The notes beneath the pieces are model-generated. The model saw nothing but the letters and a program-made list of their open reading frames with translations, was not told the origin of the DNA and did no database searches. 64,000 bases of DNA from Spirochaetia bacterium (GTDB taxonomy: Bacteria > Spirochaetota > Spirochaetia > G963692905). Where the stretch lies: the NCBI GenBank assembly GCA_965220165.1, contig CBDCPJ010000051.1, positions 26,105 to 90,104 on the forward strand, read 5' to 3'. This document shows, one piece after another, positions 39,934 to 49,195 of this stretch (position 1 is its first letter; each line of letters opens with the position of its first letter). The translations under genes were made by a program, and so were the position numbers.

Positions 39934-40941
39934 CTAATTATTATGGCCATAATAGTCCTTATACCAATTAACAAACTGTGATACTCCTTGCTGGAACGGC
40001 GTCGCGGGGCGGAATCCAACAAGCTTTTCCAAACGACGAACATCTGCGCGAGTCGCATACGCCTCGCCGCGTTGCATAGGAAGATGTTCGTAGTTCCCTT
40101 TTTTCCCGAGTTTTTGTTCTAATTGACTCACCATATCAGTCACCCGAATTGGGCAATTTCCACCTATATTGACAACACGATAATTGTCAGTCGAAGGAGG
40201 CAAAACCATAAGACGCGCCATTCCTTCGATGATATCATCAATGTAGGTAAAATCGCGAATCATATCGCCGCCATTATATAGTTGAATCTTTTTTCCTGTC
40301 AACAATGCTTTTGTAAAAATAAACAATGCCATATCGGGACGCCCCCACGGGCCGTATACAGTAAAGAATCGAAGCATTGTAATCGGCAATTCCCAGAGCC
40401 TCGCGTAGCTGTGGGCGATAAGCTCTCCGCTCCGTTTAGACGCGGCGTAGATATTTATTGGCCGATCGGCGGCGCTATCTTCCCGATAGGGCAATGCGCG
40501 TTCGCCCCCATACACCGAGCTGCTAGAAGCGGCAACAATATGTCGCAACCGACCTCGCTCTTTTGATATATTTTTTGCCGTTTCGAGAAGATTAAACACT
40601 CCGACAATATTTGATTCGATATAATCGCCCGGGGCGTCAAATGAGTGTCGAACTCCCGCCTGAGCGGCAAGGTGGATAATTATCTCGGGATCGGCTTCTT
40701 CAATAGACCGTTGCAACGAATCGCGGTCGACAATATCCTCGCGATGAAAGCGAAACGAAGCTGATGTTGCCGCATCCCGCAAATTTGATAGTCGGCTCTC
40801 TTTGAGTCGGGGGTCGTAATAGTCGTCGCAGTTGTCGTAGCCGGTCACATGGATGCCTTCGCGCAATAGACGATGGCATAGATGGTAGCCGATAAAACCG
40901 GCCGCTCCCGTTACGAACGCGTTGCGAAACGATGTGCTCAT
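39934..40941 (-). CDS. NAD-dependent epimerase (UDP-glucuronate 4-epimerase-like)
   Basis: TGAAGFIG, HLAAQAGVR, ASSSSVYG, YAASK, FFTVYGPWGRPDMA. Confidence 0.92.
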   Translation of the reverse strand: MSTSFRNAFVTGAAGFIGYHLCHRLLREGIHVTGYDNCDDYYDPRLKESRLSNLRDAATSASFRFHREDIVDRDSLQRSIEEADPEIIIHLAAQAGVRHSFDAPGDYIESNIVGVFNLLETAKNISKERGRLRHIVAASSSSVYGGERALPYREDSAADRPINIYAASKRSGELIAHSYARLWELPITMLRFFTVYGPWGRPDMALFIFTKALLTGKKIQLYNGGDMIRDFTYIDDIIEGMARLMVLPPSTDNYRVVNIGGNCPIRVTDMVSQLEQKLGKKGNYEHLPMQRGEAYATRADVRRLEKLVGFRPATPFQQGVSQFVNWYKDYYGHNN

Positions 40942-41633
40942 ACGCCTATCTCTTGATTCATCCATACTAACACTTGATGCAAAGAAGATGCCACCAATCG
41001 CGCTTTAGCCGCTATCGCGGCATCGATAGGTTGCATGTCGGGCACCACGATTATTTGCATTCCCGCCGCAAGCCCAGCTTGCGCGCCGGGGAGGGAATCC
41101 TCTATGGCTAAACAGCGGGCGGGATCAATGCCAAGTAGACCCGCGGCTTTTATATAGACATCGGGCGCGGGCTTTCCTTTGGGCACTTCTTGCGCGGAAA
41201 CCACGCAGGAAAAGAGCTTAAGAAGATCGGTTTCTTGCAAATATCGGACAATTATCGAGCGCGGCGACGACGATGCGATTGCCATCGGTATTTTTCGCCG
41301 CGCGAGAGCGTTCACGATATCGCGCGCGCCGTCTTTAAGCGGCGGGACGGCACAGTCGATGGCTTCCATTGTACGATAGAGTTCATCGATAATACGGGTA
41401 GCCATTTGCGGGTCGCCAATTTCGATCGCCAATGCCTTGTTAAAGTCGTTTCCTATAATACCAATCGTCTCAATATAGAATTGCTCGCGAATCGTATGAC
41501 CATATTTTTGGGCGGTCGCGAAAAACTGCTCCGCCATCGCCCGCTCGCTGTCAAACAGTAATCCGTCTAAGTCAAAGATTACCGCCGCTGTATTTGACGA
41601 ATCGCTCTTTTGTGTTGCTGACTGTATATCCAC
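40938..41633 (-). CDS. HAD-family phosphatase
   Basis: FDLDGLL, ASSS, GKPAPD, EDS. Confidence 0.9.
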   Translation of the reverse strand: MDIQSATQKSDSSNTAAVIFDLDGLLFDSERAMAEQFFATAQKYGHTIREQFYIETIGIIGNDFNKALAIEIGDPQMATRIIDELYRTMEAIDCAVPPLKDGARDIVNALARRKIPMAIASSSPRSIIVRYLQETDLLKLFSCVVSAQEVPKGKPAPDVYIKAAGLLGIDPARCLAIEDSLPGAQAGLAAGMQIIVVPDMQPIDAAIAAKARLVASSLHQVLVWMNQEIGV

Positions 41634-41750
41634 TATTTTCTTCGCTCATAATACTGTGAAATCTTTGTATTGTAAAGTGACATATTTATTGGGGGGCGCG
41701 CGGGGGTTCCCGATCGCCAAATGGTTGGCGCGCATAGATTATGCTCGCAT

Positions 41751-41930
41751 ATGAGGGATAACATGGAGATTCGGGGAGCATGCGGCGGGGGAGGAACGTC
41801 CGGGGGTAGCGCAATAGCGAGAGTTTCCGCCCATGCGGAGCGTAGCGAGCATGAAAAGGCGGAAACGGTCGGCGCTTCGCTGCGCGATGCGCCGACGAGC
41901 TATGGAGCGCAGGGGGCATGCCCCCTCCTT
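41751..41930 (-). repeat. GC-rich dispersed intergenic repeat, family B (inverted relative to 58208-58380)
   Basis: Reverse complement AAGGAGGGGGCATGCCCCCTGCGCTCCATAGC matches 58208-58240; further blocks are collinear. Confidence 0.65.
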
Positions 41931-42004
41931 TTACTTATTTATTACGCTCTTGCCTACTCGGCAAATACTAGACAGAATCGGCGGAATCGAATATATTTTG
42001 TTGT

Positions 42005-42307
42005 ATGAGTCTGTACACTGTTCACTTTAAGTGGAAGGGGAAGGTATTTGAGTTGAATGCCCGTGTGCTTGACCTTACGCATCCCTATTTTGTATCGATC
42101 GCGGAGTTGACATTCCCGTCCAACGACAGCCCAATCATCGACCCCACTAAAGACGAAACGAAGCGAACTTTTGGCAATGTTGACAATTTAATGATTCCCG
42201 TCCAAGCGGTTGCGATGATCGAGCAACGCAACGACAAAAATACCAAGGAATCCGCCCGTCAAAATCTATCGATCTTTCACCATTTGCCGCGCCGCGATGA
42301 TAATTAA
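42005..42307 (+). CDS. DUF1820-like protein
   Basis: YTVHF…GKVFELNAR…IIDP…IP pattern. Confidence 0.65.
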   Translation: MSLYTVHFKWKGKVFELNARVLDLTHPYFVSIAELTFPSNDSPIIDPTKDETKRTFGNVDNLMIPVQAVAMIEQRNDKNTKESARQNLSIFHHLPRRDDN

Positions 42308-42358
42308 CACGAGTAGCATGACTGTCAATTATAGAATGGTTAATTAGCCGGATCAGCC

Positions 42359-43483
42359 GTGTCGCCCGCCTCGTCTCCTCATGAATTAAGAAGCGTCTCT
42401 CGGCCCGATCGGGTTCGATATGTCATCGCGGTCGCTTCGGGCAAGGGTGGAGTGGGCAAATCGACTGTCGCCGCGGCTCTCGCTGTTTCGTTTCTCAACA
42501 GCGGCAAAAAAGTAGGACTCCTCGACGCCGATCTGGCCGGGCCGTCGTTGCCCGCGCTGTTTGCCGCTCACAATCTCAGTATGGATGTCATCGACGAGCG
42601 CTATATCGTTCCCATCACGCTCTCCAATGGATTGCACGCGGTATCGTTTGGTTTTTTGCTTGGCGATTCGCCGGCGATCATGCGGGGGCCTATGGTGAGT
42701 CGCTATATCGGGCAAATGTTACTAGATGTCCGCTGGCCAGAGCTGGATATCCTTATTATCGATTTGCCGCCTGGCACTAATGATGTCCATTTGACCGTTA
42801 CGCAAACTATCGCGCTGGACGGCAGCGTTGTGGTTACCACTCCGCAAGCCCTCTCATACAGCGATGTCGGAAAGGCGTTGCTTATGTTTGACGCCGTTCA
42901 GGTTCCGGTCATCGGGTTGGTTGAAAATATGTCCGGGATTCTATGTCCGGCATGCGGCGAGCGAAGCGTGTTCTTTGCCGTTCCCCAACACGATGGGCGC
43001 GCGGAGGGGCGCGGCGGCGCGGGCGCGGGGATGCTATTGTCAGAGCGGTTTGGGTTGCCGTTGCTTGCAAATATCGATATCGACCCCTTGCTATGCAACG
43101 ATATAACAAGCGGCGGCGCAAAAGATACCCGACGCGCGATCGAACATATCGGGGCGCGTATATGGGATTTTATCGTCAATGGGCAGGGAAAAAAGGCGGC
43201 TCCGACAATTGAAAATACGGGCGATTCTATCCGCTTGCTCTGGCCGGATAATACCGAGCAGATGGTTGATAGCTACGCGCTGCGGTCTTCTTGCCGCTGC
43301 GCGATATGTGTCGACGAGCATAGCGGGGCGACTCGCTATGACAATATTCCGCGCGATGTCCGCGCGCAAGAGGTGCGTCCTATAGGAAACTATGCGCTGT
43401 ACATACAGTGGAGCGACGGGCATTACAGCGGATTTTTCACCTACAGGGCGATCGATCGTTTGGCTCCGCGGAAAGCAGTCTAA
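42359..43483 (+). CDS. mrp: Mrp/ApbC Fe-S carrier ATPase with C-terminal DUF971 (GBBH-N-like) domain
   Basis: SGKGGVGKST, DADLAGPS, MRGPM, DLPPGT, ENMS…CPAC; C-terminal LRSSCRCAIC…IGNYAL…WSDGH. Confidence 0.88.
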   Translation: MSPASSPHELRSVSRPDRVRYVIAVASGKGGVGKSTVAAALAVSFLNSGKKVGLLDADLAGPSLPALFAAHNLSMDVIDERYIVPITLSNGLHAVSFGFLLGDSPAIMRGPMVSRYIGQMLLDVRWPELDILIIDLPPGTNDVHLTVTQTIALDGSVVVTTPQALSYSDVGKALLMFDAVQVPVIGLVENMSGILCPACGERSVFFAVPQHDGRAEGRGGAGAGMLLSERFGLPLLANIDIDPLLCNDITSGGAKDTRRAIEHIGARIWDFIVNGQGKKAAPTIENTGDSIRLLWPDNTEQMVDSYALRSSCRCAICVDEHSGATRYDNIPRDVRAQEVRPIGNYALYIQWSDGHYSGFFTYRAIDRLAPRKAV

Positions 43484-43606
43484 ACAGAGCCGCTGTTTTG
43501 ATTGACGCGAACGCATTGGCTCGAACGCGATACAATCGACGCGCCCGCGGCGAACCGAACATCGCAAATATTGCGTCGATTTTTATAATGTGTTATCATT
43601 GTTTCG

Positions 43607-44227
43607 GTGAGTAATAATCGCAAGGACTATGATCATCTTCAGTGGAAAGATCATCAAGACCGTGTTTTAAGCGAGACTTCGCTCTTTTCATTGATCGAGT
43701 CGGATAGGCTGTCGCCCGACGGTCGAGTGGTTTCGGTCGTCTTTTTAGCGGCGCCGAATTGGGCCAATATTATCGCGACGACTCATAATAGTAACGGCGA
43801 AGAGTGCTTTATTCTCTCGCGACAATATCGGCATGGCGCGCGGTGCGTCACGTTGGAGTTTCCCGGCGGAGTTGTGGATGATGGCGAGGAACCTATGGCG
43901 GCGGCGATGCGAGAATTGCGAGAGGAGACTGGATACAGGGCGGAATCCGCTGTTCTCCTTGGCGCTATCAATCCAAATCCAGCTATTATGAATAATCTAG
44001 CGTATACTTTTCTTGCCAAAGGCGTAGAAAATATACGACAGCAACGTCTTGACCAAGACGAGTTTGTTGATGTCGTGTTGGTGCCGACTCGCCAGATTCA
44101 TACCCATACTGGATTTCTTAACCATGCGGTAATGCTTGCGGCGATCCATATGTATCAGGCTTATCAGGCCAATGGCGAGAAGGCGCACAAACGCGAAGGC
44201 GCCGACCGCTACGGCAACGGGCTGTAG
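43607..44227 (+). CDS. NUDIX hydrolase (ADP-ribose pyrophosphatase-like)
   Basis: QYRHG and Nudix box EFPGGVVDDGE…RELREETG. Confidence 0.92.
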   Translation: MSNNRKDYDHLQWKDHQDRVLSETSLFSLIESDRLSPDGRVVSVVFLAAPNWANIIATTHNSNGEECFILSRQYRHGARCVTLEFPGGVVDDGEEPMAAAMRELREETGYRAESAVLLGAINPNPAIMNNLAYTFLAKGVENIRQQRLDQDEFVDVVLVPTRQIHTHTGFLNHAVMLAAIHMYQAYQANGEKAHKREGADRYGNGL

Positions 44228-44263
44228 TATTCGGCAACCATACCGTATCGCCTGTATGTCATT

Positions 44264-45199
44264 ATGAACAACCGCCGATATGGAATATATTACACCGCGC
44301 TATTCAACCCTTTCGATAACAGAATTTTTAAGGACTGGATACGTCTTCATAACTTACAGCGCGAAATAGTATTAGAGCCATTTGCTGGTAGTAATTCTAT
44401 TATCGGGATGTTGCAAGAGATAGACTTAGCTCATAAATATACGTCATACGATATATACCCTCAGGCAAGCGATGTCGAACGACGAGATACGTTACGCAGC
44501 TATCCTACCGGGTATTCTCTCTGTATAACCAACCCGCCATGGCTCTATAAAAGCTCGGCGCAGCGCAATAAATACCAGTTTCCCGATACAAAATATGACG
44601 ATCTCTATAAATTATCGCTATCGTTAGCATTGCGGCATAACCAATATGTCGCCGCGCTGTTGCCCGCCTCTTTTATTCAATCGGGCATATTGCAAGATCG
44701 ATTGGAATCTATGCTATTCATCAATAGGCCGCTCTTCAGTCATACAGAAAATCCTGTGTGTCTGGCGTTATTTGGCGAAAAGCCTTCCAATACCCTGCAT
44801 CTCTATAACAACACCGGCGATATTATCGAGGAAATTGGCGAGTATTCGGAATTACAAAAGCTCTTGCCCAAACAAAGCGATAGAAAACTTACATTTAACG
44901 ATCCCGATGGCGCGCTTGGATTTATCGCTATCGATAATAGTATCGCCCCATCGATACGTTTTTGCAGAGGCGCCGAGTTGGCTCGATATACAATAGACTT
45001 TTCATCTCGATCGATAACCCGAATAACTATAAATGCTGCCGATAGCTTGATTAGACGTTGCAACGATCGCGTCAATTCGATACGCGAAGAAACAAACGAT
45101 GTATTTTTAACGGCTTTCAAAGGTTTGCGAAAAGATGGCAAGTATAGACGCCGTATGAGTTATCGGTTAGCAAACAATATTGTGGCAGATTGTTTATGA
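44264..45199 (+). CDS. DNA amino-methyltransferase (probably m6A)
   Basis: Motif I-like LEPFAGSN and motif IV TNPPW; AT-richer than neighbours. Confidence 0.75.
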   Translation: MNNRRYGIYYTALFNPFDNRIFKDWIRLHNLQREIVLEPFAGSNSIIGMLQEIDLAHKYTSYDIYPQASDVERRDTLRSYPTGYSLCITNPPWLYKSSAQRNKYQFPDTKYDDLYKLSLSLALRHNQYVAALLPASFIQSGILQDRLESMLFINRPLFSHTENPVCLALFGEKPSNTLHLYNNTGDIIEEIGEYSELQKLLPKQSDRKLTFNDPDGALGFIAIDNSIAPSIRFCRGAELARYTIDFSSRSITRITINAADSLIRRCNDRVNSIREETNDVFLTAFKGLRKDGKYRRRMSYRLANNIVADCL

Positions 45200-45521
45200 A
45201 AGATATTTATAGTGATAAAATTGAAGAGTCCTACAGAAATAATATGCTGAATGTTCCGAAATTACTGAAAGCAAAAATCCGCAATTATTAGAAAAAATAA
45301 ACAACTGCTTCCGAAAAGTACAGAACATATACGAAAAAATAGCCGCCGAGCATATTGAGAAAATTGCTGACGTACTGGATTTTAAGCATATTCGTTGCAT
45401 GCAGGATTCCAATCTAAAGAACCGCTTATATGTTTACAATGGAAAACTACTGCGCAAAAAGGAATTAAATCGATATCCTACCGCACCGGCTAACGCACAG
45501 GCTATTGCAACGCCTAGATAA
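45196..45521 (+). pseudogene. Frameshifted, truncated partner gene of the methyltransferase (possible restriction endonuclease remnant)
   Basis: ATG overlaps the MTase TGA. Frame stops at ~45291, but a -1 frame from the A5 run (45273-45277) stays open to TAA 45521. Confidence 0.55.
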
Positions 45522-45660
45522 TTTTGATGTTGCCTAATCTACACACACAGGATTGGCGCGTGGCGTTCCTTGCCTATTTGTGTTAGAAACGATAGTATTG
45601 ATTATTCACAATTACGTTGTGTGTTGTGTTATATTATGAAAATTTTGCAAGGAGGAAATT

Positions 45661-45945
45661 ATGGAACATGCGGCGCTAATGCACGAACGCGGCGACTTTG
45701 TCGCTGTGGTAGTTCGAAATGTCGCTAAAGGCGAAACGATCAAGGTCGTAACATTAGATGGCGAAGATGCCGGAGCGATATCGGCAAATCACGATATCCC
45801 GTTGGGACACAAAATTGCAACCAAGGCAATCGAACGGGGCGGAGATGTAATAAAATATGGACGAAGCATTGGGAGCGCGAGTGCTTCTATATCTATTGGA
45901 GATCATGTCCATACCCAAAATGTAACAAGTAAGAGGTGGAAATAA
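45661..45945 (+). CDS. suyA: SAF-domain small subunit, (2R)-sulfolactate sulfo-lyase alpha-like
   Basis: DFVAV, DIPLGHKIA, VIKYG, GDHVHTQN…KRW; strong AAGGAGG RBS. Confidence 0.75.
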   Translation: MEHAALMHERGDFVAVVVRNVAKGETIKVVTLDGEDAGAISANHDIPLGHKIATKAIERGGDVIKYGRSIGSASASISIGDHVHTQNVTSKRWK

Positions 45946-45946
45946 C

Positions 45947-47101
45947 ATGGAAATGCAATTAACCGGATATAGAAGAGATAATGGCGCCGTTGGAGTGCGC
46001 AACTATGTGGCGATAATATCGGTGGATGATATATCCAACGCCGCGGTAGAGGGTGTCGGACATCTTATTCGAGGCGTCTTGCCGCTTCCTCATCCCTACG
46101 GGCGCCTCCAATTTGGCGACGACCTTGAGCTTACTTTCGACACACTGATCGGAACCGGAAGAAATCCCAATATAGCGGCTGCGATTGTTATTGGAATCGA
46201 ACCCAATTGGACAAAACGGGTTGTCGATGGTATCGCCGCAACCGCAAAGCCTGTTATAGGATTTAGCATTGAGCGATATGGAGACCTCAAAACCATCGAA
46301 CGAGCATCGCAACAGGCGAGAAAATATTCTCAATGGGCAGCTGAACTTCCGCGCGTTCCCATTAGTATGAAAGAATTGATAGTGAGCGCGAAATGCGGGG
46401 AGTCGGATACAACGCTGGGGCTTGCTTCTAATCCCACTATTGGACGCGTGCTAGAGCGGATGCTGTCCAAAGGCGCCACCGCGATTTTTGGCGAAACAAG
46501 CGAGCTAACCGGCGCGGAAGACATTGTTGCCGAACGCGCCGTCAATGATACTGTGCGCAAACAATTTATGCGCACATTTCAGGATTACCAAGATTTTATC
46601 ATTGGCACGGGAGCCAATTTATTGGGGTCGCAACCCACCGAGGGAAATATTCGCGGCGGGCTTTCCACCATTGAAGAGAAGGCGCTGGGCAACGTACAGA
46701 AAATTGGCGATAACAAGATGCAATCGGTTCTCAAACCGGCGCAAGCGCCAAGCGGTCCAGGCCTGCATTTTATGGATAGCTCCAGCGCCGCAGCCGAAAT
46801 GGTTACGCTTTGCGCCGCGGGCGGCTCGGTGCTGCATTTTTTCACCACTGGGCAAGGCAATGTCATTGGCAATCCTATTATCCCGGTAATGAAAATTAGC
46901 GCTAATTCGCTCACACTCGAGACAATGGAGGAACACATCGATGTCGATGTTTCCGATATTTTGCGCTGTACTATGACGTTGGATCAAGCCGCCGACAAAT
47001 TGATGGGCGAGATGGCTCGCGTGATCAACGGACGATTGACCGCCGCGGAGGTACTTAAGCACAACGAATTTGTGCTGACAAAGCTCTACCGTAGCGCATA
47101 A
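45947..47101 (+). CDS. suyB: UxaA-family lyase, (2R)-sulfolactate sulfo-lyase beta-like
   Basis: VDDISNAA, HPYGRLQFGDDL, KCGESDTT, GNIRGGLSTIEEKALG, TKLYRSA end, as recalled for the SuyB clade rather than altronate dehydratase. Confidence 0.78.
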   Translation: MEMQLTGYRRDNGAVGVRNYVAIISVDDISNAAVEGVGHLIRGVLPLPHPYGRLQFGDDLELTFDTLIGTGRNPNIAAAIVIGIEPNWTKRVVDGIAATAKPVIGFSIERYGDLKTIERASQQARKYSQWAAELPRVPISMKELIVSAKCGESDTTLGLASNPTIGRVLERMLSKGATAIFGETSELTGAEDIVAERAVNDTVRKQFMRTFQDYQDFIIGTGANLLGSQPTEGNIRGGLSTIEEKALGNVQKIGDNKMQSVLKPAQAPSGPGLHFMDSSSAAAEMVTLCAAGGSVLHFFTTGQGNVIGNPIIPVMKISANSLTLETMEEHIDVDVSDILRCTMTLDQAADKLMGEMARVINGRLTAAEVLKHNEFVLTKLYRSA

Positions 47102-47105
47102 CGAG

Positions 47106-48446
47106 ATGGCAAACTATCGGTTGCCATACGGAAAGGGGGATGTCGAATTTTCTTTGCCCGATAGTTGGACGGTTGACCGCTTGGAATTGGGACATTCCTC
47201 GGATGATCGTTCAAGAGAGCGGGCGGGCGGTGGCAAGAAACAGCCTGCCGCCGCTCTAGGCGAGGACGATGTTCTTCGCGCGCTCGATAATCAGTTAGGC
47301 TCCGCGCCTATTGACCCGCGGCGAGGCGCGCGGAGTGTCGCAATTGCAATTAACGACAAAACGCGCCCATCGCCGCATGCCCTTCTACTCCCTCCATTGC
47401 TCCGCTGGCTGGCCAAAAATGGTATCCAGCGCAATAACATTGTTTTTCTGCTCGCCTGCGGTCTCCATGATCCTATGCCGCAAGAAGAGTTTCGGTTGGT
47501 TGTGCCTCCGTCGATACTGGGACGCTACCGGATTGTTTCTCACGACTGTCGCGAACAATCGTCGCTGGTCTATTGCGGCACGACAAGCTATGGCACGCCA
47601 GTCTGGTGCAATCGACTATTTGTCGAAAGCGATCTGCGTATTGTAGTGGGAACTATTGAGCCCCATCAATTTGCCGGATTTTCCGGCGGAGTAAAAACTG
47701 CCGCCATCGGGCTGGCCTCGCGCAAGACAATTACCCGGAATCATTCGTTAATGTTGCGCCCAGAGTCTCGGTTAGCCAGCTACGACAATAATCCCGCCCG
47801 CCAAGATATAGAGGAGGTAGGCGACAAGCTGGACATTGGACTTGCCCTCAATGCTGTATGCGATAAGGGGCGCAATGCAATCAATATCTACGCCGGCGCT
47901 CCCCGCGCGGTAATGCAAGCGGGTATCGAGCAGTCTCGGCAATTGCGGACGGTACAAAGCACCGGGGGGTATGATCTTGTTATTTGCTCCCCCGGAGGCT
48001 TCCCGAAAGACATCAATCTTTATCAAGCGCAAAAGGCACTTGTCGCGGCTGATATGGTGGCTCGGCCGACAGCCTCAATTATCTTGGTCGCTCGGTGCGA
48101 CGAAGGAGCCGGCAGCGACCATTATGAACAATGGGTAGGCACGATGGAGTCCCATAAAGAGGTGGTCGATCGATTTACCAATGCTGAATTTACAATTGGT
48201 CCGCACAAAGCATTTCAGATTTCGCGTATTGCGTTAGAAAGAAGGATTGCCTTGATAAGCGATATGCGTTCAGAAAGAGTTCGTTCTCTGTTGTTAGAAC
48301 CCGCTTCGTCGGTTCGCGAAGCTGCAGATCGTTTGATACATTTGAGCGCCGGGCACAAAAAACAAAACGGAAGTGGAACTATTCGCGTCTGTCTGATTCC
48401 TCAGGCCAATGTTGCTATTCCATATAATAGCGACAGACAATCATAG
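47106..48446 (+). CDS. larA: LarA-family (nickel-pincer) racemase/epimerase
   Basis: INDKTRP, GLH, SHD, EPHQFAGFSGGVK, GGFPKDINLYQAQK, IGPHK. Confidence 0.85.
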   Translation: MANYRLPYGKGDVEFSLPDSWTVDRLELGHSSDDRSRERAGGGKKQPAAALGEDDVLRALDNQLGSAPIDPRRGARSVAIAINDKTRPSPHALLLPPLLRWLAKNGIQRNNIVFLLACGLHDPMPQEEFRLVVPPSILGRYRIVSHDCREQSSLVYCGTTSYGTPVWCNRLFVESDLRIVVGTIEPHQFAGFSGGVKTAAIGLASRKTITRNHSLMLRPESRLASYDNNPARQDIEEVGDKLDIGLALNAVCDKGRNAINIYAGAPRAVMQAGIEQSRQLRTVQSTGGYDLVICSPGGFPKDINLYQAQKALVAADMVARPTASIILVARCDEGAGSDHYEQWVGTMESHKEVVDRFTNAEFTIGPHKAFQISRIALERRIALISDMRSERVRSLLLEPASSVREAADRLIHLSAGHKKQNGSGTIRVCLIPQANVAIPYNSDRQS

Positions 48447-48485
48447 AAGCGCGCAGAACAATTGCGCCGCGCGGGGAAATATTGC

Positions 48486-49151
48486 TTATGATAGTCGGCG
48501 CAATGCCCAAAAAAAGCGAATAAACGCTCCAATCAGCGTCGCTCCCGCGATAATCAGCAACAATTGCAAGCTGTATGGCAGAATAATAAGTAGCGAATAG
48601 AGGATCACCGTCTCTGTCCCTTCAATCAAACCGCTTGGCATTACAATAGCGGTACGCGTGCCATTATTCTTTATTTCATTCGATATTTGCTGGACATCGC
48701 TCTCTCGTTCAACTAATGGTTTTTGGGAAACGGGCGTTTTCAACTTGCGCTTTTCTAATATCGCGGCAAGGTACATCCAGGATGTCGCGTTGATATAATA
48801 TGCCCCCAGCAATGCCGCAAGCGCCCAATAGAGACCGGTTCGAGCCGCGATGGCCGCAGGAATCACGGTGTAGACGACGACATCGAGAAATATATCGGTA
48901 TATCCCCCCACATCGCTCTGTGTGCCGGTGCTGCGAGCAATTTCACCATCCAGACCATCCAATATTCTTGAAATAAGCCAAAGGATAAGCGATACCCACC
49001 GAAGATGCCCCCAAAAACAGCCTATCGCCGCGCCTATCGCGAACATAAACGAGGCGATGGTAATAGCAATTGCGGAAACTCGTCCTCGAAATAGGCGAGT
49101 AAGTCCACTTAAAACACGCACTTTTATAGCGCGCGATAAATTATCAAGCAT
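48486..49151 (-). CDS. CDP-alcohol phosphatidyltransferase family protein
   Basis: DGLDGEIAR…GGYTDIFLD, GLIEGTET. Confidence 0.88.
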   Translation of the reverse strand: MLDNLSRAIKVRVLSGLTRLFRGRVSAIAITIASFMFAIGAAIGCFWGHLRWVSLILWLISRILDGLDGEIARSTGTQSDVGGYTDIFLDVVVYTVIPAAIAARTGLYWALAALLGAYYINATSWMYLAAILEKRKLKTPVSQKPLVERESDVQQISNEIKNNGTRTAIVMPSGLIEGTETVILYSLLIILPYSLQLLLIIAGATLIGAFIRFFWALRRLS

Positions 49152-49195
49152 GAAACGTTATATTACATATCGAAGTATGCGTTCGACGCAACCGT

